Part shown: positions 1-8,788 of the stretch, piece by piece | How positions within the stretch are numbered: the stretch's first letter is position 1 | How the letters are laid out: each line of letters starts with the position of its first letter | Assembly: GCA_021846125.1 (NCBI GenBank) | Contig: JAJZCK010000002.1 | Coordinates: forward strand, 1 to 39,709 | Length of the DNA: 39,709 bases | DNA from: Actinomycetes bacterium | GTDB lineage: Bacteria; Actinomycetota; Acidimicrobiia; Acidimicrobiales; Bog-793 | Direction of reading: 5' to 3' | Position numbers and translations under genes: made by a program | The notes under the pieces: model-generated | Database searches by the model: none | What the model saw: only the letters and a program-made list of their open reading frames with translations | Told to the model about the DNA's origin: nothing

Positions 1-143
1 TTCCCGATCCTCCGGCCCTCGACGATGCGAGACTGACGCACGCCGTCGTCGAGGCGGTCTCAGCAGTGTCCGTCCTCCCGGAGCGGTGGTCCATGAGCCG
101 AAGTGCTCATCTCACCAGCCAGAGAGTGGACGGGAGACGACGA

Positions 144-178
144 CGGGGGACGGGGCGTCGCGGACGCTCCGTCCCCCG
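144..178 (-). terminator. GC-rich stem-loop downstream of the 206..2203 CDS (possible intrinsic terminator without a U-tract)
   Basis: GGGGGACGGGGCGTC (145-159), loop GCG, GACGCTCCGTCCCCC (163-177). This gives a 15-bp stem with one G-U position, extended by C144-G178. It begins 28 nt past the stop codon at 206-208. There is no T run on either strand, so the function is inferred. Confidence 0.35.
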
Positions 179-205
179 GGTCGCACCTCAGGCAGTCGTC
201 CGGCG

Positions 206-2203
206 CTAGGCGCGAGCCTCTAGTCGCTGGATGAGCACCTTCAGCTCCTTGATCTGGGCGACGACGTGCACTCGCTCAGCCGCGAGCCTCCGCAGCCAGG
301 CCACCGCCCGGACGTGCGCAGCGCCGTGCGTACGGGCGACGGAGCGCTCTGCTCCCCGCGTCGCTGCGATCACCCGTCCGAGCAGCTTCGCGTCGTAGGC
401 GAGGTCCGCGCGACGCTTGACGAGAGCCACCCGCTCGGCCGCAGTGAACGACGGTGTCGCCTTGACGGAGACGACGACCCCCGCCGGCTGCTCGGTGCTC
501 GGCGAGGTCGCCGCGCTCGGAGCCTCCGGAACTGCCGGTGGCACGAAGACGACCGGAGCCGTCGAGCCACCCGTGCTGCTCGTCGACGTCGAGCCACCCG
601 TGCTGCTCGGTGACGTCGAGCCACCCGTGCTGCTCGTCGACGTGGCTGGCGGGTCCGTGTCCGTGAAGGTGACCTCTGTGATCGTCCCCTCGCCGATGAC
701 GAGGTTGACCGCCGACGTCGTGCCCGTGCTGCCGAGGGTTGGTGTCCCCGACACGACGGTCTCGCTCGTCAGCGTCGGCATGCCACCGACCATCTCGTTC
801 ACGTACGTGGGAATCGCACTGATCGACGACGTCGCGTTGCCCGTCGACGCGAGCTCGGTCACGGTCTGGACCGAGTTGTACGGGAAGAGCACCGGAGTGG
901 TGCTGCCACCGACGATCGAGCAGGACCCGAGGGGCACGACGGTCGTTCCCGGCACTCCGGAGACGGTGAAGCTGAACGACGTGCCGTTGGGAGCCGGGCT
1001 TCCGAGGTCCTTGCAGATCTTGAGCGTTCCCGGATCTGCCGCCTCGTCGGCGAAGGTGACGATGGCCTCGTCACCCGGTGCTCCCGCCGCCGTGACAGGC
1101 GTTCCGAGCACGACGGAGATTGTCCGTCCCGTGATGCTCACGGAGCCCGGGACGACCGACTCTGCACCGGTCGCGACCATGCTCTGCACCTTCGTCCCCG
1201 CGACGATACCTTCCGTGACCGACACCGTGGTGCCCGGACGGTACGAGACCGGGTCCGAGCAGATCGGGTTGTCCCACGTCCCTGCCTGGAGGCTCACGGG
1301 ACCAGCTGCCGTGTTGGGTCCCGCCGCACCACTCGCACTGAACGTGAAGGGGAACATCGTCGCCGACCCACCGGGCTCCGCGCCGTTCATCGCGTCCCAG
1401 ACCTTGCAGACCTTGAGAGCGACGACGTCGTTGGTGTAGGTGACGTCGGTCTGCGTCGACGCGTCGGCGCTCGCCACGACCGTGGCAGTGGCCGTCCCGT
1501 TCGTCAGGTCAGGGCTGCCGGCGAGCTCGTTGCCCGAGCCGTTGAGCGTCGCCACGATCCCGGTCACGTAGAGGTTGGTACCACCCTCGGTTACCGTCAC
1601 CTGGCCCGCGGGAACCTGCATCGCCGGGTTGCTGCACGCGCCGACGGGGACGGTCGTGGATGACGTGTACCCGTCCGCTCCCGTGACGTCGAACGAGTAG
1701 CTCCCCGTCAGGCCGGATCCGGCTGCAGCCTGCTTGCAGACCTCGAGGTAGCCGGTCACGGGGTCGTTCACGAAGGTCACCGTGTCGACACTCGTGCCCG
1801 CCGTCACCATGACGGTGGCGGTCCCGGAGGCGAGGTTCGACGAGGTGAGGTAGCTCTGGCCGGCGAGCTCGCTGATCGAGCCCACCTGGTACCACGACCC
1901 TGGCGTCTCGGTGATCGTGTGGCTACCAGCGGAGACGGAGATCTCGCCGCTGCACGTGCCCGCGGCGACCATCGTCGCGCTCGACAGCCCGGATATGTGG
2001 AACGTGAAGGAGGCCGTCGTGTCCATGGCGATCGGCGGAGTCGCGAAGGTCTTGCAGATCTCCACGTATCCGGTGGACGGATCACCCGGGGCCGCACTCG
2101 CCACGGTCGGCGCCACGAGGAACGACGCGGCGAGCGCCGTTCCCGTGAGCGCCGCCAGGATGGCCGCCGAGCCCCTCCTCAGCTCAAGATGGGGAATTCT
2201 CAT
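206..2203 (-). CDS. Secreted protein with four tandem Cys-pair beta-sandwich-like domains (SpaA/prealbumin-like), a Ser/Thr-rich linker and a basic helical C-terminus; putative adhesin or surface protein
   Basis: - High GC3 on the minus strand.
- ATG at 2203 is preceded by AAGGATTGGAG. The track ORF begins at an upstream TTG at 2215.
- Signal peptide MRIPHLELRRGSAAILAALTGTALAASFLVAPTVASA/AP.
- Four ~125-aa repeats each carry [IV]CK...F[TS]F...G.C[S] (EICK..GTCS, EVCK..GACS, KVCK..PICS, KICK..GSCS).
- Linker of (STSSTGGST)x3.
- No LPXTG motif and no C-terminal TM segment. Confidence 0.85.
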   Translation of the reverse strand: MRIPHLELRRGSAAILAALTGTALAASFLVAPTVASAAPGDPSTGYVEICKTFATPPIAMDTTASFTFHISGLSSATMVAAGTCSGEISVSAGSHTITETPGSWYQVGSISELAGQSYLTSSNLASGTATVMVTAGTSVDTVTFVNDPVTGYLEVCKQAAAGSGLTGSYSFDVTGADGYTSSTTVPVGACSNPAMQVPAGQVTVTEGGTNLYVTGIVATLNGSGNELAGSPDLTNGTATATVVASADASTQTDVTYTNDVVALKVCKVWDAMNGAEPGGSATMFPFTFSASGAAGPNTAAGPVSLQAGTWDNPICSDPVSYRPGTTVSVTEGIVAGTKVQSMVATGAESVVPGSVSITGRTISVVLGTPVTAAGAPGDEAIVTFADEAADPGTLKICKDLGSPAPNGTSFSFTVSGVPGTTVVPLGSCSIVGGSTTPVLFPYNSVQTVTELASTGNATSSISAIPTYVNEMVGGMPTLTSETVVSGTPTLGSTGTTSAVNLVIGEGTITEVTFTDTDPPATSTSSTGGSTSPSSTGGSTSTSSTGGSTAPVVFVPPAVPEAPSAATSPSTEQPAGVVVSVKATPSFTAAERVALVKRRADLAYDAKLLGRVIAATRGAERSVARTHGAAHVRAVAWLRRLAAERVHVVAQIKELKVLIQRLEARA
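561..641. repeat. In-frame tandem repeat, 3 x 27 nt, encoding the (S-T/P-S-S-T-G-G-S-T) linker
   Basis: gtcgagccacccgtgctgctcgtcgac occurs at 561-587, 588-614 (two mismatches) and 615-641. It lies inside the 206..2203 CDS. Confidence 0.9.
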
Positions 2204-2615
2204 ATATGACTCCAATCCTTTTTGTCATCCGAGGTAAGGAGTTGCAACGGTCACGCTCGCGATCGCCGGGTGAGCACGCCCGCGAGGACGGCCGCCCGGC
2301 GAGGAGAGCCACGGATCGCGTCACCTCCTTCTCCTCCGGCGATCGGTCGCGCCGGCAGGCACCTGTGGCCGTCGGAGTGCGGACGGCCGCGCCGGGAGCT
2401 CCCGGGACGTCACGTCACCGGGATGCACCGCCGATACCGTGCCGCACACCTTCGACCAGTGTCCTCACCGGCGGCCAGAGCGGCCATGAGTCGATCTCCT
2501 CATTTCGAGCGCCATGACCGGCGCGTCGACGAGCACGGAGACGGACGCCGGGCGAGGCGCAAGAGTCGTTCGACTCATTGACGCCCGTGACGCGCACGAC
2601 TAGCAGTGGGCCGCA

Positions 2616-4178
2616 ATGGACCGTGCGCGCGTCGAGGAGCGATCCGTTCTTTCCCCTCCGGCATCGGCACCGCAGCAGCCCGGAGACCTGGACGCTCGAG
2701 AAGGGCAGGAGGCTTGTGCCCGGAGTGCCACCAGAAACCGCTTGAGCAGACACCGCTCGAGGCGTCTCCTCCCTCGGGCGCATCCCGCCGTCGTCGTCCT
2801 CGCTGCCTGCTGTGCGGCTCTGCTCCACCAGGACATGCACACGGGGCTCTCCGGCGACGTCTACTTCCACCTCGCCGCAGGGCGCTGGATGCTCGCCCAC
2901 CACTCGGTCATCCGGCGTGACATGTTCTCCTACACTGTGCGCGGCCGGCCATGGATCGCCGACGAGTGGGGCTACGAGGTCGCGCTCGCCTGGCTCGTGC
3001 GAGCGCTCGGCCCGGTCTCCTTCTGGCTCGTCTCTGCCGGGAGCTGCTCGGTGGCGCTGCTTTTGTCGGCCGCGAGCTGGAGACGCATCGGGGCGACGGG
3101 GCTATGGATCGCGGCACTCGCGTGCGTCGCGACGTCCGGGCTGCTCGTCGGTCTAGCGCCACGTCCACAGGACCCGAGCTATGCGCTGTTCGCGGGCGAG
3201 CTGCTGCTGCTGCGCTGCGCGAGACGCGACCGACGATGGCTGCTCGCGCTCCCTCCTCTCCTTCTCGTCTGGGCGAACATCCACGGGAGCTTTCTCCTCG
3301 GTCTCGCCGTGCTGCTCCTCGAGATCCTGTGGTCCTGCCTCGCTACCTCGCACGCAGTCCGACAAGTGGCGCCCGCCCTGCCGACACGCGCGGTCGTCGC
3401 ATCCACGGCCGGATCGGCTCTTGCGACCTTTGTCAACCCGCACGGACCCGCCCTGCTCGGCTATGCCCTCCACGTCGCGTCGTCAGGGCGGATCGCCGCT
3501 CTCGTCGAGGAGTGGCAGCCACCGGACTTCCATACCCCCCTCCTCCTCCTCCTCGTCGCCGGACCCGTTGCCTGGCTGCTCGTCACGCTCGGCCGCTCAC
3601 GCGCCGCGCTCCACCTCGGCGACGTGACCCTTGCGGTGCTCCTGCTTCTCGCGACGCTCCAGGCGGTGCGCTTCCTCCCGTACTTCGTGCTCGCTTGGTG
3701 CGCTGCAGCGAGCCGATGGTCGCCGAGGAGGCCGGAGGGCATCTCGTCCTCGCGCCTCTCGCTCCCTCTTGCAGCCTGCCTTGCTGCCGGCCTGGTGATC
3801 GGCGGCCACATTCCACCCGGTGCACCGCTACGCGGGGGTGCGGCGGTCGACATGCCTGTCGGCCCGGCGTCCTTCCTGCTCCACCGACGCGGACGCGTCT
3901 TCACCACGTACTGGTGGGGCGACTACCTCGTCGACCTCGGTGTGCCGGTGTTCGTCGACGGCAGGACCGACCTGTACGCGGGGACAGGCGTGCTCGCCAC
4001 CTACCTCGCTGTCGCGGACCTGACGGTCGACCCGGACACGGTCCTCGCCCGATATCGCGTGCGCTGGGTGCTCTGGGACGAGCACAGCGCGCTCAGCACG
4101 TTCCTCGCCGAGGATCCTCGGTGGAGAGCCGTCCTCCGCTCGGGCGACGCGGTCGTCTTCGAGCACCTCGCGAGGTAG
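2616..4178 (+). CDS. Polytopic integral membrane protein, GT-C-fold glycosyltransferase-like (PMT/ArnT-like first-loop DE motif); function uncertain
   Basis: - More than 10 hydrophobic segments.
- N-terminal loop HLAAGRWMLAHHSVIRRDMFSYTVRGRPWIADEWGYE.
- WANIHGSF motif.
- Soluble C-terminal ~110 aa.
- The first ~45 codons have poor GC3, so the real start may be downstream (for example TTG near 2745), but before the first TM segment AVVVLAACCAALL. Confidence 0.7.
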   Translation: MDRARVEERSVLSPPASAPQQPGDLDAREGQEACARSATRNRLSRHRSRRLLPRAHPAVVVLAACCAALLHQDMHTGLSGDVYFHLAAGRWMLAHHSVIRRDMFSYTVRGRPWIADEWGYEVALAWLVRALGPVSFWLVSAGSCSVALLLSAASWRRIGATGLWIAALACVATSGLLVGLAPRPQDPSYALFAGELLLLRCARRDRRWLLALPPLLLVWANIHGSFLLGLAVLLLEILWSCLATSHAVRQVAPALPTRAVVASTAGSALATFVNPHGPALLGYALHVASSGRIAALVEEWQPPDFHTPLLLLLVAGPVAWLLVTLGRSRAALHLGDVTLAVLLLLATLQAVRFLPYFVLAWCAAASRWSPRRPEGISSSRLSLPLAACLAAGLVIGGHIPPGAPLRGGAAVDMPVGPASFLLHRRGRVFTTYWWGDYLVDLGVPVFVDGRTDLYAGTGVLATYLAVADLTVDPDTVLARYRVRWVLWDEHSALSTFLAEDPRWRAVLRSGDAVVFEHLAR

Positions 4179-4202
4179 TGACCGCGACGCCCTTCTTGCC
4201 GC

Positions 4203-4805
4203 TCAACAGTTGCCCGACGCGGTTCTTCCCTGCACAGAGGTTGCGTCCAGCGCACCCGACGTCGTGCAAAGCCGCGCTTCGAGAGGGCGGCCCGGCGTGG
4301 AGGGGACGAAGGCCACGGCGGTGCGACCGGACAAGCTCAGCACGGCCGAGAGGAGCACGGGCACCGACGCCCCGGGAATGCCCACCCAGACGACGCGAGG
4401 TGTGACGAGCGAGTCGACGGCGAGGCACGAGGTCCGAGGATCGAGGACGAATCCGGCCGGAGGTGCCATCGGGCAACCCGAGAGGCTAGAGAAGCCATAG
4501 CCGGCGGCGACCTCGGCAGCCATGGCCTCCGCACAGCCGAGCAGGCCCCCTGGGCAGCTAGCCGGCGACGAGGCGAGCGCTCCCGCCGCGGACAGCGCCG
4601 CGGCGTCCGCTGCGTCCTGCTCGTTCGTCGCGCTCTGCACCAGGTCACCGATGCCGACGACGAGCGCGACGCAGCCGACGAGCACGGAGAGGGAGAGCGC
4701 GAAGACGACGAGCACCGCACCGCCGTCGTGCCGAGCCCCGGCACCGCGCACCCCCCGCCACCGGGTCGCCGCCGACCGCCTCCGTGCATTTGTAGCACGT
4801 GCCAT
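4203..4805 (-). CDS. TadG/Tad_N-like putative pilus-assembly (pseudopilin-like) protein
   Basis: Basic N-terminus followed by a single TM (GGAVLVVFALSLSVLVGCVALVVGIG). It is the last gene of the Tad operon, 1 nt after the TadE-like stop. ATG at 4803-4805. Confidence 0.6.
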   Translation of the reverse strand: MARATNARRRSAATRWRGVRGAGARHDGGAVLVVFALSLSVLVGCVALVVGIGDLVQSATNEQDAADAAALSAAGALASSPASCPGGLLGCAEAMAAEVAAGYGFSSLSGCPMAPPAGFVLDPRTSCLAVDSLVTPRVVWVGIPGASVPVLLSAVLSLSGRTAVAFVPSTPGRPLEARLCTTSGALDATSVQGRTASGNC

Positions 4806-4806
4806 G

Positions 4807-5373
4807 CTACGACGCGCCGCAGCCAGCGAGGCCGTACGGATTGTAGGTCTCTAGATCGACGGTGACGCCGGGATCCTCTGCGAGCATCTCGCTCCTCGCC
4901 GTCAGCACGATAGGTGGAAGCAGATCTGTGACTCGGATTGCCGTGACCGAGGCGCAGACGACGACGAGATACCGGTTCGCTGCAGCGCCTCCGCCGGCGC
5001 CGGCACTTACCAGCTCCATCCCGACCTCGGGTGGTCCAGAGCCGTCCGAGCCGACCGGAACCCCGACGAGGCTGGCGATCTCGCAGAGCATGGACTGCGT
5101 CCCCGTGACGATCGGACCGCTGCCGGGCGGGGGTGGCTCGCCGCTCAAAGCCGTGCAGCTCGCCGGTGCGCCAGCGGTGTCGTCGACGCTCGCGAGACGT
5201 GCGCCCGTCTGGACTGCGTTGCGCAGGGACGACCAGCCCGCGAACGCCAGGCCGAGCTCGATCATTCCGAACAACATGAGCGCAAAGATGGGAAGCACGA
5301 GCGCGAACTCGACGAGAGCAGCGCCGCCGTCGCCACTCCTGCCACCACGCCGGGCGCGCCGGTATGCGCTCAT
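4807..5373 (-). CDS. tadE: TadE-like pseudopilin
   Basis: MSAYRRARRGGRSGDGGAALVEFALVLPIFALMLFGMIELG matches the TadE N-terminal motif (G/A-x-x-x-VEFAL plus a hydrophobic helix). Its ATG overlaps the TadC stop as ATGA (5370-5373). The upstream 196 codons of the track ORF are Arg-rich and are rejected. Confidence 0.75.
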   Translation of the reverse strand: MSAYRRARRGGRSGDGGAALVEFALVLPIFALMLFGMIELGLAFAGWSSLRNAVQTGARLASVDDTAGAPASCTALSGEPPPPGSGPIVTGTQSMLCEIASLVGVPVGSDGSGPPEVGMELVSAGAGGGAAANRYLVVVCASVTAIRVTDLLPPIVLTARSEMLAEDPGVTVDLETYNPYGLAGCGAS

Positions 5374-6296
5374 CTCACGATCGTCCGGTAGATCTCGATC
5401 GCCGCAGGCCCGACGACGACGACGAACAGCGACGGCAACACACAAAACACGAGTGGGAACAGCATCTTCACCGGCGCCTTCTGGGCGAGCTCCTGGACGT
5501 GCTGGCGCTGCGCGATCCGGATCTCCTCCGCTTGACCCCGCAGGATCGACCCCACGGACACGCCGAAGGTCTCTGCCTGGACGAGCGCCATGAGGAACGA
5601 GCGGAGCTCGGCCACGTCCGTCCTCGTGTCGACGCCTTCGAGCGCGTCCCGGCGAGCCACCCCCATGCGCACCTCGCCGAGAAAGCGCGAGAACTCGTCG
5701 GCAAGCGGCCCGGCGGCGCGATGGGACGCCCGCCGAATTGCCTGGTCGAAGCCGAGACCGGCCTCGACGCCGATCATGAGGAGCTCGACGAGAGCCGGCA
5801 GGTCGTGGCGTATCCTCTCCTGGCGCGCCGAGGCCCTCCGGTTGACGAGCGCCTCCGGGCCGAGACCGAGCAGCACGAGCGCTGCGAGGAACACGAGGAG
5901 CCGATCTACCTGGGGAAGGGGCGAGAGGCGAGTGATGACGAACGCACACGGCACCAGGCATGCCGACACCATGCGCTCGACCAGGAAGCGGTCGAGGTCC
6001 GCCACGCGGTCCCGACCACCCAGCGTGAGACGGCGCCGGGTGCTCGCGAGGTACGTCGCGGGGAGGAGACGTCGCAACGGTCGAGCGGCCGCAGACGCGG
6101 CGGCGTCGACCCGGACGACGAGGTAGCGGCGAGCGCGCCGCGCGCCGTCGGGACCAGGTGAGCGCCGACGCGGTCCAGACGTCGCAGCCTTCAAAGTCGA
6201 CACGACAGCCCGGCGTCGCATCGTCGCCAGCCGGAGCAGCACCGCTACAGCGAGAGCAGCCGTCACGGTGACCGCGACGACGATCATGCGTGCCAC
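5370..6296 (-). CDS. tadC: Type II secretion system F-family membrane protein, TadC-like
   Basis: N-terminal TM, a cytoplasmic GspF-like helical domain (DLPALVELLMIGVEAGLGFDQAI...) and two C-terminal TM segments. Its position after TadB fits. GTG at 6296; an alternative ATG lies at 6287. Confidence 0.8.
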   Translation of the reverse strand: MARMIVVAVTVTAALAVAVLLRLATMRRRAVVSTLKAATSGPRRRSPGPDGARRARRYLVVRVDAAASAAARPLRRLLPATYLASTRRRLTLGGRDRVADLDRFLVERMVSACLVPCAFVITRLSPLPQVDRLLVFLAALVLLGLGPEALVNRRASARQERIRHDLPALVELLMIGVEAGLGFDQAIRRASHRAAGPLADEFSRFLGEVRMGVARRDALEGVDTRTDVAELRSFLMALVQAETFGVSVGSILRGQAEEIRIAQRQHVQELAQKAPVKMLFPLVFCVLPSLFVVVVGPAAIEIYRTIVR

Positions 6297-6297
6297 G

Positions 6298-7350
6298 TCA
6301 GGCCTCGACGCGCACGATGCGGTGCATCCACGCGAAGCCCACTACCTCGAGCACTATTGCGCTCGACAGCATCACCTTGCCGGGAAAGCTGTGCACGAGC
6401 TCGAGCGCATAGGGACGGTTGACCGCGAGGATGAACGCGCCGAGGGCCGGTGGGAGCACGCCGAGCACGTACGCGCTCATCCGGCCCTCGGACGTCAAGG
6501 TGCGCACCTCCCTGCGGAGCCGGAGCCGCTGCTGCATGGTGGCTGCGAGCGTGTCGAACAACGCCGCGAGGTTGCCTCCGGCCTCCTGCTGGATGCGCAC
6601 CGCCGCGACGCTCTCGGCGAAGTCGCCGTTGCCGATGCGAGATGCCGCGTCCTCGAGCGCATCCTCCACCGGACGACCGAGCATCGCTTCGGCGAGCACG
6701 CGCTGCAGCTCAGACCTCGACGGCTCTCGGAGCTGCTTCGCGACGGCGTCGAGTCCCTGGAGGAGCGAGAAGCCGGCGCGCAACGAGCTCGCCGTCAGCT
6801 TGAGCACGTCCGGCAGCTGGGACGCGAACAGTCGAGCGCGGCGCTCCACCATGATCCGAAGCGTTGCCGGAGTCCCCACGAGGGTGACCACGACCACGAC
6901 CACGGCGCCGAAGAGACCCGAGAGGATCCAGGCAGTCGCCGCCAGGAGGACGCCGAGGACGAGCCATGCGACGACGACCTCGCCCACTTCGACGCGGCTT
7001 CCCGAACGCTCGAGCATCCCGGCGAGCCAGCGTCCCGGACGCGCGCGCACCACTGCCTCGCCGATCGCACGCGAGAGCCTCCGGAGGGGCGGGAGGGCGA
7101 GGACGTCCGGCAGGGGAGCGGGACGAGCCCGGGAGGGGACGACGCGGTAGGGGTCGACGATGGCGACGAGGCTCGGCCGCCGGCGCCGGCTCGACAACGA
7201 CCACGCTGCACCGGCCAGGAGAGAGACGGCACCCGACGCGACCGCTACGGCGCCTGCCGGGCTGACCGCCTGCTCGAGCCGGTGCACGGTGCGACCCACC
7301 ACGGACCACGCTCCGGCGAGAGCTGCGGCGTCGATCGCAGCGGGCATCAT
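6298..7350 (-). CDS. tadB: Type II secretion system F-family membrane protein, TadB-like
   Basis: GspF-like domain (LPDVLKLTASSLRAGFSLLQGLDAV...) flanked by TM segments. It sits directly downstream of the CpaF-type ATPase. Confidence 0.8.
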   Translation of the reverse strand: MMPAAIDAAALAGAWSVVGRTVHRLEQAVSPAGAVAVASGAVSLLAGAAWSLSSRRRRPSLVAIVDPYRVVPSRARPAPLPDVLALPPLRRLSRAIGEAVVRARPGRWLAGMLERSGSRVEVGEVVVAWLVLGVLLAATAWILSGLFGAVVVVVVTLVGTPATLRIMVERRARLFASQLPDVLKLTASSLRAGFSLLQGLDAVAKQLREPSRSELQRVLAEAMLGRPVEDALEDAASRIGNGDFAESVAAVRIQQEAGGNLAALFDTLAATMQQRLRLRREVRTLTSEGRMSAYVLGVLPPALGAFILAVNRPYALELVHSFPGKVMLSSAIVLEVVGFAWMHRIVRVEA

Positions 7351-7366
7351 GGTCCGGACGCGCCCG

Positions 7367-8788
7367 TCACGAGCGCCCGGCCGAGGACCATGCGTGACCG
7401 GACGACCAGCGAGACCGATCGACGTCGAAGACTGCTGGATCGACGGCGACGCCGCGGTCCGCGAGCCGGTCGGCGAGCTGGGGCCGCAAGCCTGTCGCGC
7501 GAAGCGACGACGGCAAGTGCCCGTCAGTGCCGGTCGCCGCGCGGTAATCGGTCACGAAGACGTCCTGCAGCAGGATCACGTCTCCCTCCATGCGCCCCAC
7601 CTCGGTCACCTGTGTCACCCGGCGCGCCCCGTCGCGAGTGCGCGCGAGATGGACGATGAGGTCGAGCGCCGACGACATCTGCTCCCGGACCGCACGCACC
7701 GGGAGGTCGAAACCCGCCATCAAGGTCATCGTCTCGACACGCGACAGAGCATCGCGGGGACTGTTTGCATGAACAGTGGTAAGTGATCCTTCGTGACCCG
7801 TGTTCATTGCCTGGAGCATGTCGAGCGCCTCGCCGGCTCGGCACTCCCCGATGACGATCCGGTCCGGCCTCATGCGGAGCGCGTTACGTAGAAGGTCCCT
7901 GATCGTCACCTCACCCTTGCCCTCGGTGTTGGGCGGGCGTGCCTCGAGCGCGACGACGTGCTCCTGGCGGAGCTGGAGCTCCTTCGCGTCCTCGATCGTG
8001 ACGATCCGCTCGTCAGGCGGAACGAAGGACGAGAGGACGCTCAAGAGCGTCGTCTTGCCCGTGCTCGTCCCGCCGGCCACGAGGATGTTCGCCTTCCCCT
8101 CGACGCAAGCCTGCAGGAGCTCTGCCACCTGAGCCGTCAGCGTGCCGCAGCCGATGAGGTCCTCCAAGGTGAACGGGTCGGCGGCGAACTTGCGGATCGT
8201 GAGGAAGGGACCGCCGACGGCCAGCGGCGGAAACACGGCGTTCACCCTGGAACCGTCGGGAAGTCGCGCGTCGACCATGGGTGAGGCCTCGTCGATGTGG
8301 CGACCCACCTCGGCGACGATCCGAGCGACGATATGGCGCAGGTGTGCCTCGTCGAGAAAGGATGTGCTCGTCGGGACGATCCTGCCGTTGCGCTCCACGT
8401 AGACGTGACCGGGCCCGTTGACCATGATCTCGCTCACTGTCGGGTCGTGGACGAGACGCTCGAGCGGCCCGAAGCCGAGGACGTCGTCGGCGATCGATTC
8501 GGCGAGCCGCGCCATCTCGCCGGCCGAGAGCGGCGCGGTCTCGAGCCGGAGAGCGGTCTCGACGACCTTCTCGACCCGCGCACGCAGCTCCCGCGGGTCG
8601 GCCCGGTTCGCGTAGAGAACGGGTCCCAGCTCGGAGACGACCTTGCGGTGGACGCGTGCGCGTGCCGTGTCGAGCACCCCGGAACGCGGGTCGGCGACGC
8701 TCGCCTCCTCCTGGAGCCGGACATAGAGGCCGGGCGCGGCGCCCGGCACGACCCGTGCGTGACCTGGCGATCGCTCGACGCCCGTCAA
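7367..8788 (-). CDS. tadA: CpaF/TadA secretion ATPase (VirB11-like)
   Basis: - Walker A: GGTSTGKTT.
- Walker B and His-box region: [34 protein letters not shown].
- The TTG start overlaps the TadZ stop as TTGA (8785-8788). A GTG about 11 codons downstream is an alternative start. Confidence 0.9.
   Translation of the reverse strand: MTGVERSPGHARVVPGAAPGLYVRLQEEASVADPRSGVLDTARARVHRKVVSELGPVLYANRADPRELRARVEKVVETALRLETAPLSAGEMARLAESIADDVLGFGPLERLVHDPTVSEIMVNGPGHVYVERNGRIVPTSTSFLDEAHLRHIVARIVAEVGRHIDEASPMVDARLPDGSRVNAVFPPLAVGGPFLTIRKFAADPFTLEDLIGCGTLTAQVAELLQACVEGKANILVAGGTSTGKTTLLSVLSSFVPPDERIVTIEDAKELQLRQEHVVALEARPPNTEGKGEVTIRDLLRNALRMRPDRIVIGECRAGEALDMLQAMNTGHEGSLTTVHANSPRDALSRVETMTLMAGFDLPVRAVREQMSSALDLIVHLARTRDGARRVTQVTEVGRMEGDVILLQDVFVTDYRAATGTDGHLPSSLRATGLRPQLADRLADRGVAVDPAVFDVDRSRWSSGHAWSSAGRS

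Noticed and set aside
1-205. Possible gene fragments at the left edge: a plus-strand frame PDPPALDDARLTHAVVEAV... with good GC3, and a minus-strand ATG at 91-93 reading out of the window.
   Set aside because: The fragments are too short, have no recognisable motif, and the two are mutually exclusive. They cannot be supported from this window.
561-641. Whether the 27-nt tandem repeats could be a CRISPR array or a non-coding VNTR.
   Set aside because: The units are contiguous with no spacers. They are in frame and encode a Ser/Thr linker inside a well-supported CDS. No cas genes are present.
417-1439. A 340-aa plus-strand ORF with a non-Arg-rich, protein-like composition.
   Set aside because: It is antisense to the 206..2203 gene. 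That gene has the signal peptide, the four-fold domain periodicity with conserved Cys pairs, an SD/ATG start and high GC3. The plus-strand frame merely mirrors the Thr/Ser/Val/Gly-rich composition.
2216-2615. A ~400-nt leader with three features: a purine-rich GGAGGAGAAGGAGG on the minus strand (2324-2337) followed by a 42-codon GTG ORF that overlaps the start of the surface-protein gene; a GAGTCG-TT-CGACTC inverted repeat (2563-2576); and track ORFs 2222..2581(+) and 2415..2903(-).
   Set aside because: The short ORF has an 11-nt SD spacing, no hydrophobic or pilin-like character and no independent support. The track ORFs are Arg-rich. I could not match any riboswitch consensus by eye. This is left as an unexplained long leader rather than a feature.
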